From a virus (Duplodnaviria > Caudoviricetes), in the IMG/VR virus record IMGVR_UViG_3300011336_000276, positions 1 through 39,586 of that record: a stretch of DNA of 39,586 bases; one strand, 5' to 3'. A program made the position numbers and the translations under genes. Positions 1 through 9,985 of this stretch are shown here, piece by piece (position 1 is the stretch's first letter; each line of letters begins with the position of its first letter). Under the pieces are notes generated by a model, which had not been told where the DNA came from, did not search any database, and saw only the letters and a program-made list of their open reading frames with translations.

Positions 1-194
1 CGACGAACACTGCGTCTCTTGCGATGTGGGGATTCCTATCTCGCGGCGTGTCTCCATACATCCAAGAGATCCTGTTCCTCGACATCGTGAATTACCGTTC
101 TAAGGATGGTCGAGACCTTTCTTACTTCGTGAACAAGGCGATTGCCAACGAGTGGACTAAGCCTTCGAGGGATCAGAACGGCAAGACTGTTTCG
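1..194. repeat. Terminal direct repeat, left copy (circular overlap)
   Basis: 1-194 equals 39393-39586 except position 70 (T) versus 39462 (G); the giant ORF reads in frame across the junction. Confidence 0.97.
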
Positions 195-3100
195 CCGGAC
201 ACCTCAACCGATACTGAATGGCGTTCATGGATTCAATCCATGTTTGCTGACGCTAAGTATGAGGTTGCTGCTGATCCCAATCTCACTGACGATGGTGATG
301 TTGATATGCGAAACGGATCCGTTGGATCCGCCGCCTCGCACAACGCAAACGCCTTCGGCGTTAACTTCCTAGGAAACATCGGACGGCCCGTGACGGTCAA
401 GGGCAAGACGCAATCTGGTCTTCTCCATTTCCATGACGCTCTTGCTGATCCAACAGGTACGGGCAAGACGGTCCGTCGAGTGTTCGCGAGTCTTGGTGGT
501 AGCCTTGGCATCGACAACAAGGTTGTTGGATTCGGATCGCTTGTGGCAGGTAAGACGGATATTTCCGTATATGACCGTGTCCGTGTTCGCGACCACTTTG
601 ATCAGTCTGGCAAGTACCCGAACATCTATGACGGGTACACGGTCGGATACTCAGTGAATGATTTCGGAGACAAGATCGCTGAATTTAAGACCGATTCAGA
701 CCTGAGTGGCATGACTAAGGAGATGAGAACTGAAACGCTCGCGTCTCCGCTTTCCCTAGCAAAGGCCAGCGCAAACGACCGATCTCAGTGGGGTCCGCGT
801 CCCCTCGACAAGAACGGCAAGCCGATCATGCCGAGCATCGAGCCTGTGAAGATCGCTGGCATTGCCAATCTGTTCAATGGAGCGCGTGGTATCGCCATCT
901 ACGAAGCCGTAGAGAATTCGCTGGATCCCAATGCCATCTTCGCTGACCTCGTGAAGGTACGGCCAGATGTAATTCCGTTTGCGAATCTCGGTGCTGAACA
1001 CTGGCTCAACTGGGTCGGATACTCAGCGCAGGAAGCCAGTCACAAGACGCTGGATGGACTCATCCAGATGGTTTCCAACGGTAAATCCACCATCTCCAAT
1101 GTGTGGGCTAAGGAAGGGCGCTACGACACCTTCCACTACGGTGGCGAATACGGATACATGGATGTTGGTGGAAGCCAGAAGCCCATGTATCACTACGGGT
1201 TCAACGGTGTGAACTGGAAGTTTGAACCAGCGAACTACCATTCGTTCGTCAAGTCCCTGTCCTCGTTTGACTGGGGTGGATTGAACTGGAACAAGCAGAA
1301 GGGAACGAAGAAGCCAAAGTTCCTCGTCAGCGTTGATTCCGTAACAGGAGAAGAGCGAACTGGTCCTTGGCACTCAGATCCAATGATCGGACCTGCTGGC
1401 GCAAGCGTCATCGAGAAACTTGCTGACGATGCTGGCGTTCGCATGAGTATGCGAGACATGGAAGACGGTGACGCTCTCGACGCATTTGCCCTAGCGATTA
1501 ATGCTCCATATCAAAAGGAGACAATCAAGACTACTGACCCGCGCTGGTGGAATCCCGCTGATGAAGCACTAGTTAATGCTTTCAGGCAAGAGAACATCGG
1601 AGCGCAAACGCATAGCGAGGCGCATGAACTTTACCTGCGCATGGTCAAGGGCAATTTCGGTAAGCCCACCATTCCAGCGTTCACCAAGTACTTCGACAAG
1701 GACAATGTTCTTAACGGCATCAATCCAAACGATGTGTGGTGGCATGGAGGAAGCAGGCCGTGGGTTGTCCCGAATTACAACATCAGCCCGAACCAGTTCG
1801 GAATGCACATTGGTAACTTCAATCAAGGTAGTTACTTCTTCGAGCGCGGACTTAGGCAGTCTTCATGGGAAGGGGAATCGCAAAGAGGTGTCATGTTCCC
1901 TCTGTATGCCACCGCGTTGAAGGCGGTTGAAATCCGAGATCAGGGAGCGTGGGAGCCAGAGCGAATCTTGTTTGGAATGAGGGAGATGGAACACATCTCT
2001 CGTGCGGAACAGATCTCTGTCCTGCGAGGCATGTATGAACATCTTGGAATTGCGGTCACTGAAGAATGGATAAACCTTCACGCCGTTCACGGGGAACCGA
2101 TGGACATTGGGTTTGGTGCATATGGTGGTGGTCCAGAAACTGTGCTTGCCAGAAACGAATACCTTCGCGACTACCTAGAAGTCGAAAAGGGTATCGACGC
2201 GATTCGGTATCAAAATACTGTGGAAGGCAGATACCTATCCAAGTTCGCTGCTCCTTGGTCCATTTCATCTAGTTACCAAAACACAATCCTCCCAGACTCG
2301 CTTTTGGATGAAGAGGGTAGGGCATTCAGAGATGACCAAGAGGCTCGTGAACGGGAATGGAATCAATGGTCTTCAAGGAACTACGGCGCTTCAGAACCTG
2401 AAAAGTATGCGATGCAAAAGCAACTTCAAGGAGATCGCAGCAGCGTCATCATTTGGGGTCTTGGGCAAATCAAGAGCGCGAGCGCCAGCAATGTCGGATT
2501 CCGCCGTTCAAGTGGCGACATCCGTGCTTCTCTTCGCTTGGAGCCACCTGCTGTAGTGGGCATGTACCCTGAGATTTTCGGAACCGAAGAGCCAGTCCGA
2601 ATGTCGATGCGAACAGGAATTGTGGGCAAGGCAGACAGGGCAACGCTCAACTTCATCGACCAGTACGAGCCACTGAAACGATACGGAGAGATCGCCGCTC
2701 AGAAACTTGGCAGCGCGCTTCCCGACATCGCCAATCCTTATCAGGGCGCTCGCGTTCTCACTGCTCGTCTGGCATCGATGCAGAAGCAGGCGAAGATTGA
2801 GTACACCAATGTGTTGCGCGACATGCATGAGCATGGAATCGCAATCGAGGATATGGATCAATTCCTGATTGCCCAACACGCTCTGAACGGCGGCAATCAA
2901 TACATCGCTGCTCACAACCCGCGCTTCCCAGATGGGGGAACGGGCATGACCAACCTAGATGCTCAGAATGTGATCAATCGCGCTCTCGCTTCCGGCCAGT
3001 ACGGGGATATGAATCGCATTTCCGAGGACTGGCGACAGATGCTCAGGGCTGGTCCTCTGCTTCGTCGGAACTCTGGACTCATCACGGCAGATCTGTACAA

Positions 3101-5228
3101 CACACTCACGAATCGGTACACGCACTATGTTCCGTTGCGTGGCGCTCCTGCCCGTCCTACAGACGAGTTGTTTGAGGATTACGACTCAGGCGAGATCTTC
3201 GGACGAGGCATGTCTACGCAAGGCCGTGGTATGCCGAAGCGATATGGCCGTGAAAGCATGGCTGAGGCCGTCACATCGCAAGTCGGTTACCTCCACGAAG
3301 ACACGATGCGCAGGGTCGAGCGCAACAAGATTGCCCAACGGTTCTTGACGCTGGTCAATACGGTCAATGATCCGATGATGGCCAAGGTTGTTCGTCCTAC
3401 CCGCATGGCTGATGTCAAGGGCGTGTTCCGTGTGATGCATGATCCCAACTGGATGAGCGATCCTCAGAATTTCGGGGTCTACATCAATCGGGACATGACC
3501 ATTGACGGACATGATTACGAGGCTGGTGGACTGGTTGTTATTCAGATCAACAATCCAGATCTAGCGGCCTCGATCAACTCGCCGAACCCTTCGTTGAACG
3601 CATTCGAGTCCGCGCTTCGTCATGTGAACACAGCGTGGAGGTTCGTGACAACGGGCATGGGTAACCCACCCTTCGCCGCTCTCAACATGGTTCGAGACGC
3701 TCTCACTGGCGCGGCGACCAACATTGGACTTCACGGAGTCCGTGATACAGCACAGATGATGCGCAGATATCCGGGCGCATTCAAGCGAGCGTTTAGCGAT
3801 TCGTGGTTCAATCCAGAGAAGCCGACAAAGTCGTACCGCTCCTTCATTGAGGCGGGTGGAGATTAGATCTACTGGAAGGAAAACGACCTGCAAGCCAAGG
3901 CAACAGATTTCGATGAACTGTCGCGGCGTGTGGCTCTTCGAGATCCCAACGACAGGTCGCTGGCTCGCGCTCTGCTTGGTTGGTATCCAGCATTCTTCAC
4001 TGCGGCAGAAACTGCAACACGGCTTGCTCATTTCGAGCAGCGGCTAGCAACTGGCTCGTCAGCAGAGCAGGCCGCTTTGTCGGCTCGTGACATCACAGTT
4101 GACTTCGGTAAGGGCGGCAAGCGCAAGGCTGGCTTGAACACTTATTACATGTTCCTGAATGCGAGCCTGCAAGGCTCCGCGAATGTCACCAAAGCCGCGT
4201 GGCGGAACAAGGCTCTTGCTCCTGCTCTCGTTACCTTCGGCGCGGTGACTGCAATGATGGGTCGAGCGCTTGGAGGCGAAGATGATGAAACTGGAGGAGA
4301 TGTTTGGGACAACATTCCAGACTACGAGAAGTCCAGCAACATCATCCTGATGGATCCGAGAGGGTCAGGAAAGTACCTAAAGGTTCCTTTGCCCTACGGA
4401 TACAACACCTTCTACTCGGCAGGTATGCGCATGACTGATGCAGCATTTGGTCCTTCAACAGCGGGCGATGCCGTTGGAGGCATGGTTTCTGATGCGATGA
4501 ATGCTTTCAATCCAATGGGTGGATCGGGCATCAAGCAGGGAATCGGAAGCGCGTTCGCTGCGTTTGTTCCGACGATGCTTCGTCCTGCTGCGGAACTGGG
4601 CAACAATCAGAACTGGATGGGTCGCCCTATCTTCCCGAAGTCGTTCGGAAAGCAGCAGACTCCAGACGCATACTCGTACTTCTCAGGAACTCCTACCCCA
4701 TACATCGATGTGGCTGAGTTCTTGAACACCACAACGGGTGGAGACGAGTTCGAGAGCGGTGTGATTGACATGTCGCCGAACACGATGCAGTACCTCGTTG
4801 GGTACTACCTATCGGGAGCGGGTAGGAACATGGACCGTCTCGCGAATCTGGCTATGTCGAACGAGCCAGCGCAGATTGCGGATCTGCCTTTCCTTCGTTC
4901 GTTTGCTGGTGATGCTCGCAACGACACTCGGTCTTTGTCAGAGCGTTACAACTCCATCTCAGCCAAGGTCGCACCAGACATGAATCGGGTGGAGGCTATG
5001 AAGGATCCCGCCGTTCCCATCGAGGTGAAGAGGGCCATCCTTGCCAAGGGCATCAGCCCTGAAACTTTGGAGATGGGTAAGACTGTTGAAGAGGCTGACA
5101 AGTTGATGAAGAAGATCAACAAGGCGATGAAGACAGCGACTCCTGAGCAGCGAACCAATTTGTTGGAGGCTCGACAGCGAGCGATGAAAGCAGTGATTCG
5201 TGCGCAAAACACTTTGACACCCGACTAA
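3..5228 (+). CDS. Giant polyvalent virion/ejection protein, C-terminal part (HhH-GPD-like, ART-PolyVal-like, LPD38-like); continues from 32978; in-frame TAG at 3864-3866
   Basis: Track ORFs 24..3866 and 3930..5228 share a frame and are separated only by one TAG (GGD*IYWKEND). Motifs: GIDNKVV..DISVYDRVR; WWHGG..GMHIG..GIDAIRYQNTVEG..QIKSA; HYVPLRG; DITVDFGKGG..YMFLNASLQG..PDYEK..YLKVPLPYGY. Confidence 0.85.
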
Positions 5229-5241
5229 GACGGTGTACAAT
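5214..5241 (+). promoter_or_regulatory. Sigma70-like promoter TTGACA-N16-TACAAT overlapping the end of the giant gene
   Basis: TTGACA 5214-5219, TACAAT 5236-5241; same 16-nt spacer as the four leftward promoters. Confidence 0.5.
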
Positions 5242-5260
5242 CGCGCATCTTTTCCCCAAG

Positions 5261-5297
5261 CGCCGCCCTGTTGCCAACGCGATAGGGCGGCGTTTTT
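5261..5297 (+). terminator. Rho-independent terminator after the giant gene
   Basis: CGCCGCCCTGTTGC-CAAC-GCGATAGGGCGGCG stem (with G-U pairs) followed by TTTTT. Confidence 0.85.
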
Positions 5298-5339
5298 AGG
5301 GTCATTCCCGCAGCACAATCTCAATGCTTAGGGGAACGA

Positions 5340-5369
5340 ACAGGCCGCCATCAGGCGGCCTGTACTTTT
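5340..5369. terminator. Second hairpin/terminator between the convergent operons
   Basis: Perfect 10-bp stem ACAGGCCGCC-ATCA-GGCGGCCTGT then ACTTTT, adjacent to the stop of the last leftward gene. Confidence 0.7.
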
Positions 5370-5583
5370 ACGGGAATCGCTTATCTCGCAGGAGTAGCAA
5401 CTCATCAGCCATGCGCGCGCATTCCTCGATTGAACGAGGCGTGGCCTTATCGCGAGTAGTGCCAGGATGCAGAGACATCGACAGGATGCTGGCTACATAC
5501 ATGTCCCATGCCACTGTCCGCATGTTGATTCGGTTGCACCACTGGTCTTGAGACAGGTACATCGGTCGATCTTCGTGAATCAT
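5368..5583 (-). CDS. Hypothetical protein (71 aa)
   Basis: ATG at 5583 overlaps the rusA stop (ATGA); upstream GAGGA RBS. Confidence 0.7.
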   Translation of the reverse strand: MIHEDRPMYLSQDQWCNRINMRTVAWDMYVASILSMSLHPGTTRDKATPRSIEECARMADELLLLRDKRFP

Positions 5584-6032
5584 TGGTTCCTCTTTGTCAG
5601 TTGGGCTAGAGCCTGATTGGGTTCGCCTGCGAGAACACGCGCTTTGAATTGCGTCATCTCCTCGTTCATCGCTGGAACATCGATCTCGTTTGCTGAAACG
5701 ATCAGGATCTTGTTGTAGACCCATAACTTGCTGTACAACTCTGGCAAGAGGTGGAAGCCGACGATGTCGTGATCATCTTTCCACCAGCCAGCATCTGTCA
5801 GCCCGTCTAAGGCGCTTTTTAGACTCGCCAAGACATTGTCTAGGTCGCGCCGTCTGTTGGTAGCCACCAGAGGAAGAATGCAGCAGACGGGATTCTGGAG
5901 CCGTTCCTGTCCACGACCCTCGTAAGCGGTCAGCGTTCGGTAATTCGACACCGCTCGGTGTCTGGTCATGTAGTGGACGCGGGTGTTGGGAGACAGTGCG
6001 CGGTCAGGCCAGCGCAGGACGCAGACATTCAC
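5580..6032 (-). CDS. rusA: RusA-like Holliday junction resolvase
   Basis: [37 protein letters not shown] matches the RusA catalytic pattern (D-x-D-N..K..D..DD). Confidence 0.88.
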   Translation of the reverse strand: MNVCVLRWPDRALSPNTRVHYMTRHRAVSNYRTLTAYEGRGQERLQNPVCCILPLVATNRRRDLDNVLASLKSALDGLTDAGWWKDDHDIVGFHLLPELYSKLWVYNKILIVSANEIDVPAMNEEMTQFKARVLAGEPNQALAQLTKRNQ

Positions 6033-6583
6033 GATGCGCCTCGCTTTCGATACCGAGCGAGGAACTCGCGGTTCCGAGCGGCGGTGTCTTCCTCCTCGGG
6101 AACGGCGAGCCGAGGTAGAGGCAAGCCACCCGCTTGCGGAGGTGGCGATGACTCGCGCGCGCGCCTCGTGGAAACCACATTTGATTCACTCTTATGGATG
6201 TGGTTGTGGCTTGCCATCGAAGAGCCATTGGCTGAGCCATTGGCTGAGCCATGCCATTTCGAGGACGCTCCGCGCCTTCCCGATTCGGCTCGCTCATCCG
6301 CAAACCGCTGTCGCTTAAAGCGTTCCGCTTCAAGCCTCGTCTGAGACAGCCCCGCAGTTCCATCGTCCCTCGTGCATGGAGAGAAGCGCGCCGAGATTGA
6401 TCGCCACACGCTCAATCGACAGGCAGCGATACGGCATATAACTTTGTCATCAATTGGCATTGGTCCTCTGGTCCAGCAGTGGCAGAGCAGCCTCATGTAC
6501 GCGCCAAACTGCTCGACAGACATGTCTGCGGTGCTACTGATCAGGTCATCACAGTAGAGCGGCATCCACGGAGTGCGTTTCAC
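6029..6583 (-). CDS. YdaU/DUF1376-family protein, putative replication initiator
   Basis: PWMPLYCDDLISSTADMSVEQFGAYMRLLCHCW..P; GTG start at 6583 after GGAGG; internal repeats as in lambdoid O genes. Confidence 0.8.
   Translation of the reverse strand: MKRTPWMPLYCDDLISSTADMSVEQFGAYMRLLCHCWTRGPMPIDDKVICRIAACRLSVWRSISARFSPCTRDDGTAGLSQTRLEAERFKRQRFADERAESGRRGASSKWHGSANGSANGSSMASHNHIHKSESNVVSTRRARESSPPPQAGGLPLPRLAVPEEEDTAARNREFLARYRKRGAS
6213..6257. repeat. Iteron-like repeats inside the initiator-like gene (candidate origin)
   Basis: GCCAT at 6213, 6224, 6236, 6248, 6253; tandem 12-mer GAGCCATTGGCT containing the dyad AGCCA-T-TGGCT. Confidence 0.55.
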
Positions 6584-6860
6584 GAGCGATCCTCCCCTCG
6601 ACGAGCCGAAGCCAACCGAATCGATCCTGCCAAGGCAGTTCACGCCACTTGTCTAGGTGATTACGAGCGCTGCTGTGGGGGCATCCAACGGCTGCGCTGA
6701 TCTCAGGGTAGGACGGCTTCAGGGTAGCCATCTCCCAGACGATCCCCACCAGCAGCATGTCCCTGTTGTTTCGCATCGCCTGATGCATCTCGGCTTTCTC
6801 TGGTCGGTCGGGAATGATCGCGTTGGCGGCTTGCGCAATGCGCATGGCTGAGTAGTTCAT
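6549..6860 (-). CDS. Helix-turn-helix DNA-binding protein
   Basis: PSYPEISAAVGCPHSSARNHL fits an HTH; ATGA-coupled to the upstream gene. Confidence 0.65.
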   Translation of the reverse strand: MNYSAMRIAQAANAIIPDRPEKAEMHQAMRNNRDMLLVGIVWEMATLKPSYPEISAAVGCPHSSARNHLDKWRELPWQDRFGWLRLVEGRIARETHSVDAALL

Positions 6861-7276
6861 TGTTGCTCCCTCTGTTCGCTCAGTGCAATGATGTCCTTCG
6901 CGAAGTCGGCTGAGTAGGGTTCGTCTCGGAATTCTGCGATGACCGCGAGCGCTTCGCGCAGCCTGAAGACTTCGCGAACCGAGGCCGTCATCGTCTTCTC
7001 AAGGGAGCGGCGGACTGGTTTATTGCGCGGGATCTTGGTCAAGATGAATGGAGTAAGAACTCCGATGCTCGCACCAGCCACATTGACTTCAAAGTATTCC
7101 TCGGCCTCTTCTGGTGTCATCTCCGTGCGCAGAATGCGCAACGCCTTATCGCGGTCATAAACCGCTACGCGGGGTTGACCGCATCGTTCGGCAATGCCGA
7201 TCAACGCTGCGTCCATGCCATCCCACAAGGCAACTTCCAAACACATTTCGGTAACCCACTTTCGCTTCTCGTTCAT
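6857..7276 (-). CDS. Conserved phage hypothetical protein (139 aa)
   Basis: DGMDAALIG..VAVYD..EEAEEYFEVNVAGA..G..TP pattern recalled from aquatic phages; ATG 7276 overlaps the mom-like stop; GGAGG upstream. Confidence 0.75.
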   Translation of the reverse strand: MNEKRKWVTEMCLEVALWDGMDAALIGIAERCGQPRVAVYDRDKALRILRTEMTPEEAEEYFEVNVAGASIGVLTPFILTKIPRNKPVRRSLEKTMTASVREVFRLREALAVIAEFRDEPYSADFAKDIIALSEQREQQ

Positions 7277-7962
7277 GTTGAGCCTCCAAAAAGGAATCCC
7301 TGAATGTCTGCTGCCCTCGTCTCGTGACGAGTCGTACTTCCCTTCGGGTACGGAATGAACTTGTACCTGATCTCCGACAATATTCGCGCTCTGTCTCGTG
7401 GTCTCGCGCACACACAGACATACCTGTGCTTTCGACTACGCGCACGAAACGATAAGGCATCACCAAAGGACTCGCGCATCTGCTCATTGCTTTTGCCATG
7501 AGCGAATGTCGCATGGTGCTGATGTTCTAGACCTTCAACCACTGGATCCGTCCACGCCGAGGACAGGCCCGTGTAGGCGAAGTTGCAGGCTTGGTAGACA
7601 TATCCGACATGTCCAACACCAGTGTCTGCGTAGGACACGATGATGCTGGGTTTCGGCAGCATCCGCAGAGATCGACCCACCAAGAATGATGCGTAGTTGC
7701 TCTTGTTCTCGCATGTGAGCCTGTTCAGTTCCAGCACACATCCTGCATTGCTTTCCCCTGCTACGCCTCTGAGCAGTGTGCTGCTGGGAGGTGTCCCGTA
7801 GGTGACCACCCCTATGAGTGTTTGTCCTCGGAACAGACCGAATGCGTAGGAGATTGACGGGATCCTGCTTGCGTAATGCTTTGCCGTCAGGAACGGGATC
7901 GCGTCAGATCTATCGATACTGAGTACCGACAGGTCAGTCATCCGTTGGTTCTCATTCGCCAT
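7273..7962 (-). CDS. mom: Mom-like adenine modification protein (GNAT fold)
   Basis: KHYASRIP..FGLF..GVVTYGTP..LELNRL..IVSYAD..GHVGYVYQACNFAYTG are the hallmark Mom-family motifs; start could also be 7941. Confidence 0.85.
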   Translation of the reverse strand: MANENQRMTDLSVLSIDRSDAIPFLTAKHYASRIPSISYAFGLFRGQTLIGVVTYGTPPSSTLLRGVAGESNAGCVLELNRLTCENKSNYASFLVGRSLRMLPKPSIIVSYADTGVGHVGYVYQACNFAYTGLSSAWTDPVVEGLEHQHHATFAHGKSNEQMRESFGDALSFRARSRKHRYVCVCARPRDRARILSEIRYKFIPYPKGSTTRHETRAADIQGFLFGGST

Positions 7963-8317
7963 CTGTCGTTCTGCACTGGTGGTTGTTGTAGTCCGCCTCT
8001 TCCCGCAATTTGCGCTTTTCGATGCTGGCATACAAGATGTTGGTTACTGCGTCCATGCGGTTAAGATCCTCTGTCAGCCGCGCGACTGTCAGTTCCAACT
8101 GTTCGGTATTTCCTAACAGTTGGCGGATGCTCGCGTTCATTTCAGCCGCGTCAGTCCTGCGCTGCCACAGTTCTTCGATCAGTCGTTGATCGATAGGGTC
8201 GCTCGCGGCATCCCATGCGCGCTGCGCTACGCGCTCGGCGTGTTCGCTGCGGTCATCGAATGGCACTATGGGTATGCCGCTGCCAGTTTCATGCCACCAT
8301 TTTTCAAAGTCTTTCAT
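7952..8317 (-). CDS. Hypothetical protein with coiled coil (121 aa)
   Basis: ATG 8317 after AAGGAG; coupled to its neighbours. Confidence 0.7.
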   Translation of the reverse strand: MKDFEKWWHETGSGIPIVPFDDRSEHAERVAQRAWDAASDPIDQRLIEELWQRRTDAAEMNASIRQLLGNTEQLELTVARLTEDLNRMDAVTNILYASIEKRKLREEADYNNHQCRTTDGE

Positions 8318-8607
8318 GGTGTCTCCTTGAAGCAATCCCATCCGCGTCTCGCGGCTTCTGCCATTGCCGCTGTTCGTTCAATGGTCACGACATCCTTTTT
8401 GTAAGTGCCGCTGACATAAGTGCAGGCGATTCGCCGCGCCTCGTCGCGCTCGCGCCGCACTTCCTCGATTTCCGCGAGGCAGCGAGCGTCATGCTCGCAT
8501 CCGCCGCACGGTTTAAATCCCTGCGGAGGTACTGGCTCTCCGTAGCACCTGCAATCCTCAAGGCGCGCCTCAATAACTTTTACGATGTCAGGATTCGAGA
8601 TCGTCAT
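8314..8607 (-). CDS. Hypothetical Cys-containing protein (97 aa)
   Basis: ATG 8607 after GAGGAGG; CRC..CGGC, ERDEARR segment. Confidence 0.7.
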   Translation of the reverse strand: MTISNPDIVKVIEARLEDCRCYGEPVPPQGFKPCGGCEHDARCLAEIEEVRRERDEARRIACTYVSGTYKKDVVTIERTAAMAEAARRGWDCFKETP

Positions 8608-8716
8608 GATTGTCCTCCTCAATGGTGACGATGGGTGAGAGCGCGCAGTACAGCGCGAACATGCACGAGGCAAGAATGATGACGGAAATGATTGCGCTAA
8701 CGATGTCTCGGTTCAT
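8588..8716 (-). CDS. Small single-TM protein (42 aa), not in ORF track
   Basis: MNRDIVSAIISVIILASCMFALYCALSPIVTIEEDNHDDLES; ATGA overlap with the upstream stop; fills the gap in the operon. Confidence 0.65.
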   Translation of the reverse strand: MNRDIVSAIISVIILASCMFALYCALSPIVTIEEDNHDDLES

Positions 8717-9186
8717 TCGAAGGCTCCATCAAATTCGTTGTCGTTGCGGTGAGCATTGCGCCAGCCGGTCAACTCGGTTTCAAGTTGGGTGATTCTCACC
8801 GTGAGCATGGTGTTCTGCTGCTCAAGTTCAGATCGAGTAGGTCTGTGAAGGTGAATTGGTTTTGGATTGACCGCGTATGCCCACACGATGGCGTTGCGCC
8901 TCATGCGTGTCTTGCGCCTGAATCCGCTATCGACGATATAGCCCTTGCGCATCAGCCAATTGATGCCTGCGCTCGCTGTTTGATGCGCCCACCCCGTCTC
9001 CATGATCTCGTCGCAGGTATGCGGAGATCGCATGATGATCATCAGCAGGGCAGCGCGCTGCTCGGACATGGGCGCTCGTGCGTATGCATCGTCGCTCGTC
9101 GCTCGTCTCGATGACTGGTTCTCACTTTTGCGACCGAAGGGGAGCCAATGCTCCCCCTCGTCGCCGCTAGCAGCGGGGTGTTTCAT
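8713..9186 (-). CDS. Winged-helix DNA-binding protein
   Basis: TCDEI..HQTASAGINWLMRKGYIVDSGFRRKTRMRRNAIVW, a typical phage wHTH pattern. Confidence 0.75.
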   Translation of the reverse strand: MKHPAASGDEGEHWLPFGRKSENQSSRRATSDDAYARAPMSEQRAALLMIIMRSPHTCDEIMETGWAHQTASAGINWLMRKGYIVDSGFRRKTRMRRNAIVWAYAVNPKPIHLHRPTRSELEQQNTMLTVRITQLETELTGWRNAHRNDNEFDGAFE

Positions 9187-9974
9187 TCGGAGACCGCGCA
9201 GACCGAGAGAATCACTCGCTTAGTGCCGCGCTGCTGCCACTCGACCTTCACTGGTCGATCTGCGGCCTTCGCGTCAGAGATGTCGCCAACGATGATGTCA
9301 TCGAGGACCGCGAACACCTCGTCGTTGTTGGTGGTGACCTTCCACACTGGGCCAGTCTTGCCGCGATGCTCCTCAATCGAGGCGATGTCGATGACCTGAT
9401 GCTGAGCGCCATGATCAGGAGCAGGAGCAGCGACAACTGGCTTGGCTGGCACAATCTCCATCGCAGTGGTTGGCTGCGCCATTTCGCGGTCAACGAATCT
9501 AGCACTAGGAATCGATTCGACTTCCGTTTCGTCGGTGAAGCCGAGGCCGCAGATCGAGAGGGTGACTCGGCGCTTCGCCTTCGTCTCGGCTTTCATGATC
9601 GCGTTCGCCAACGCCTCCCCTTTGAGGCCTGTCACGCTGACTGCGCCAGTCGATTCGTCGATGCGCCCTGCTCGGTCAGTGGCCTGCGCCGTGACGATGG
9701 CCACACCCTCGATGCTCTCACGAGTCACCAAACGGATCGAGATGCCGCGCAGCGAGCGCAGTTGATCCGTGCAGTCCTTGCGCGCGTACAGGGTGAGTTT
9801 GCCGTTCAGAACGATGTAGTCGAACGGACGGGTCAGCGGGTTCAGCCCGAGGCTCTCGCACACGCTCTTGTAGTAGATGTTCCGCTGCTCGGCAGTCAGC
9901 CGATTGAGGTCGCCAGTGATCAGCACCTGCTCGATGGTCTGAGCGTTGATTGTGTCGGTCTTCATCAGTGTCAT
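9183..9974 (-). CDS. RecT/Red-beta-like single-strand annealing protein
   Basis: VCESLGLNPLTRPF..NAIMKAETKAKRRVTLSICGLGFTDETE; directly downstream of a RecE-like nuclease; ATG 9974 after AAGGAAGAG. Confidence 0.75.
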   Translation of the reverse strand: MTLMKTDTINAQTIEQVLITGDLNRLTAEQRNIYYKSVCESLGLNPLTRPFDYIVLNGKLTLYARKDCTDQLRSLRGISIRLVTRESIEGVAIVTAQATDRAGRIDESTGAVSVTGLKGEALANAIMKAETKAKRRVTLSICGLGFTDETEVESIPSARFVDREMAQPTTAMEIVPAKPVVAAPAPDHGAQHQVIDIASIEEHRGKTGPVWKVTTNNDEVFAVLDDIIVGDISDAKAADRPVKVEWQQRGTKRVILSVCAVSE

Positions 9975-9985
9975 GGTTCTCTTCC

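Noticed and set aside
441-470. P-loop-like LADPTGTGKT in the giant protein, suggesting a helicase
   Set aside because: Preceded by a helical rather than beta-strand segment, no Walker B or SF2 motifs follow, and the surrounding sequence fits an HhH-type domain better
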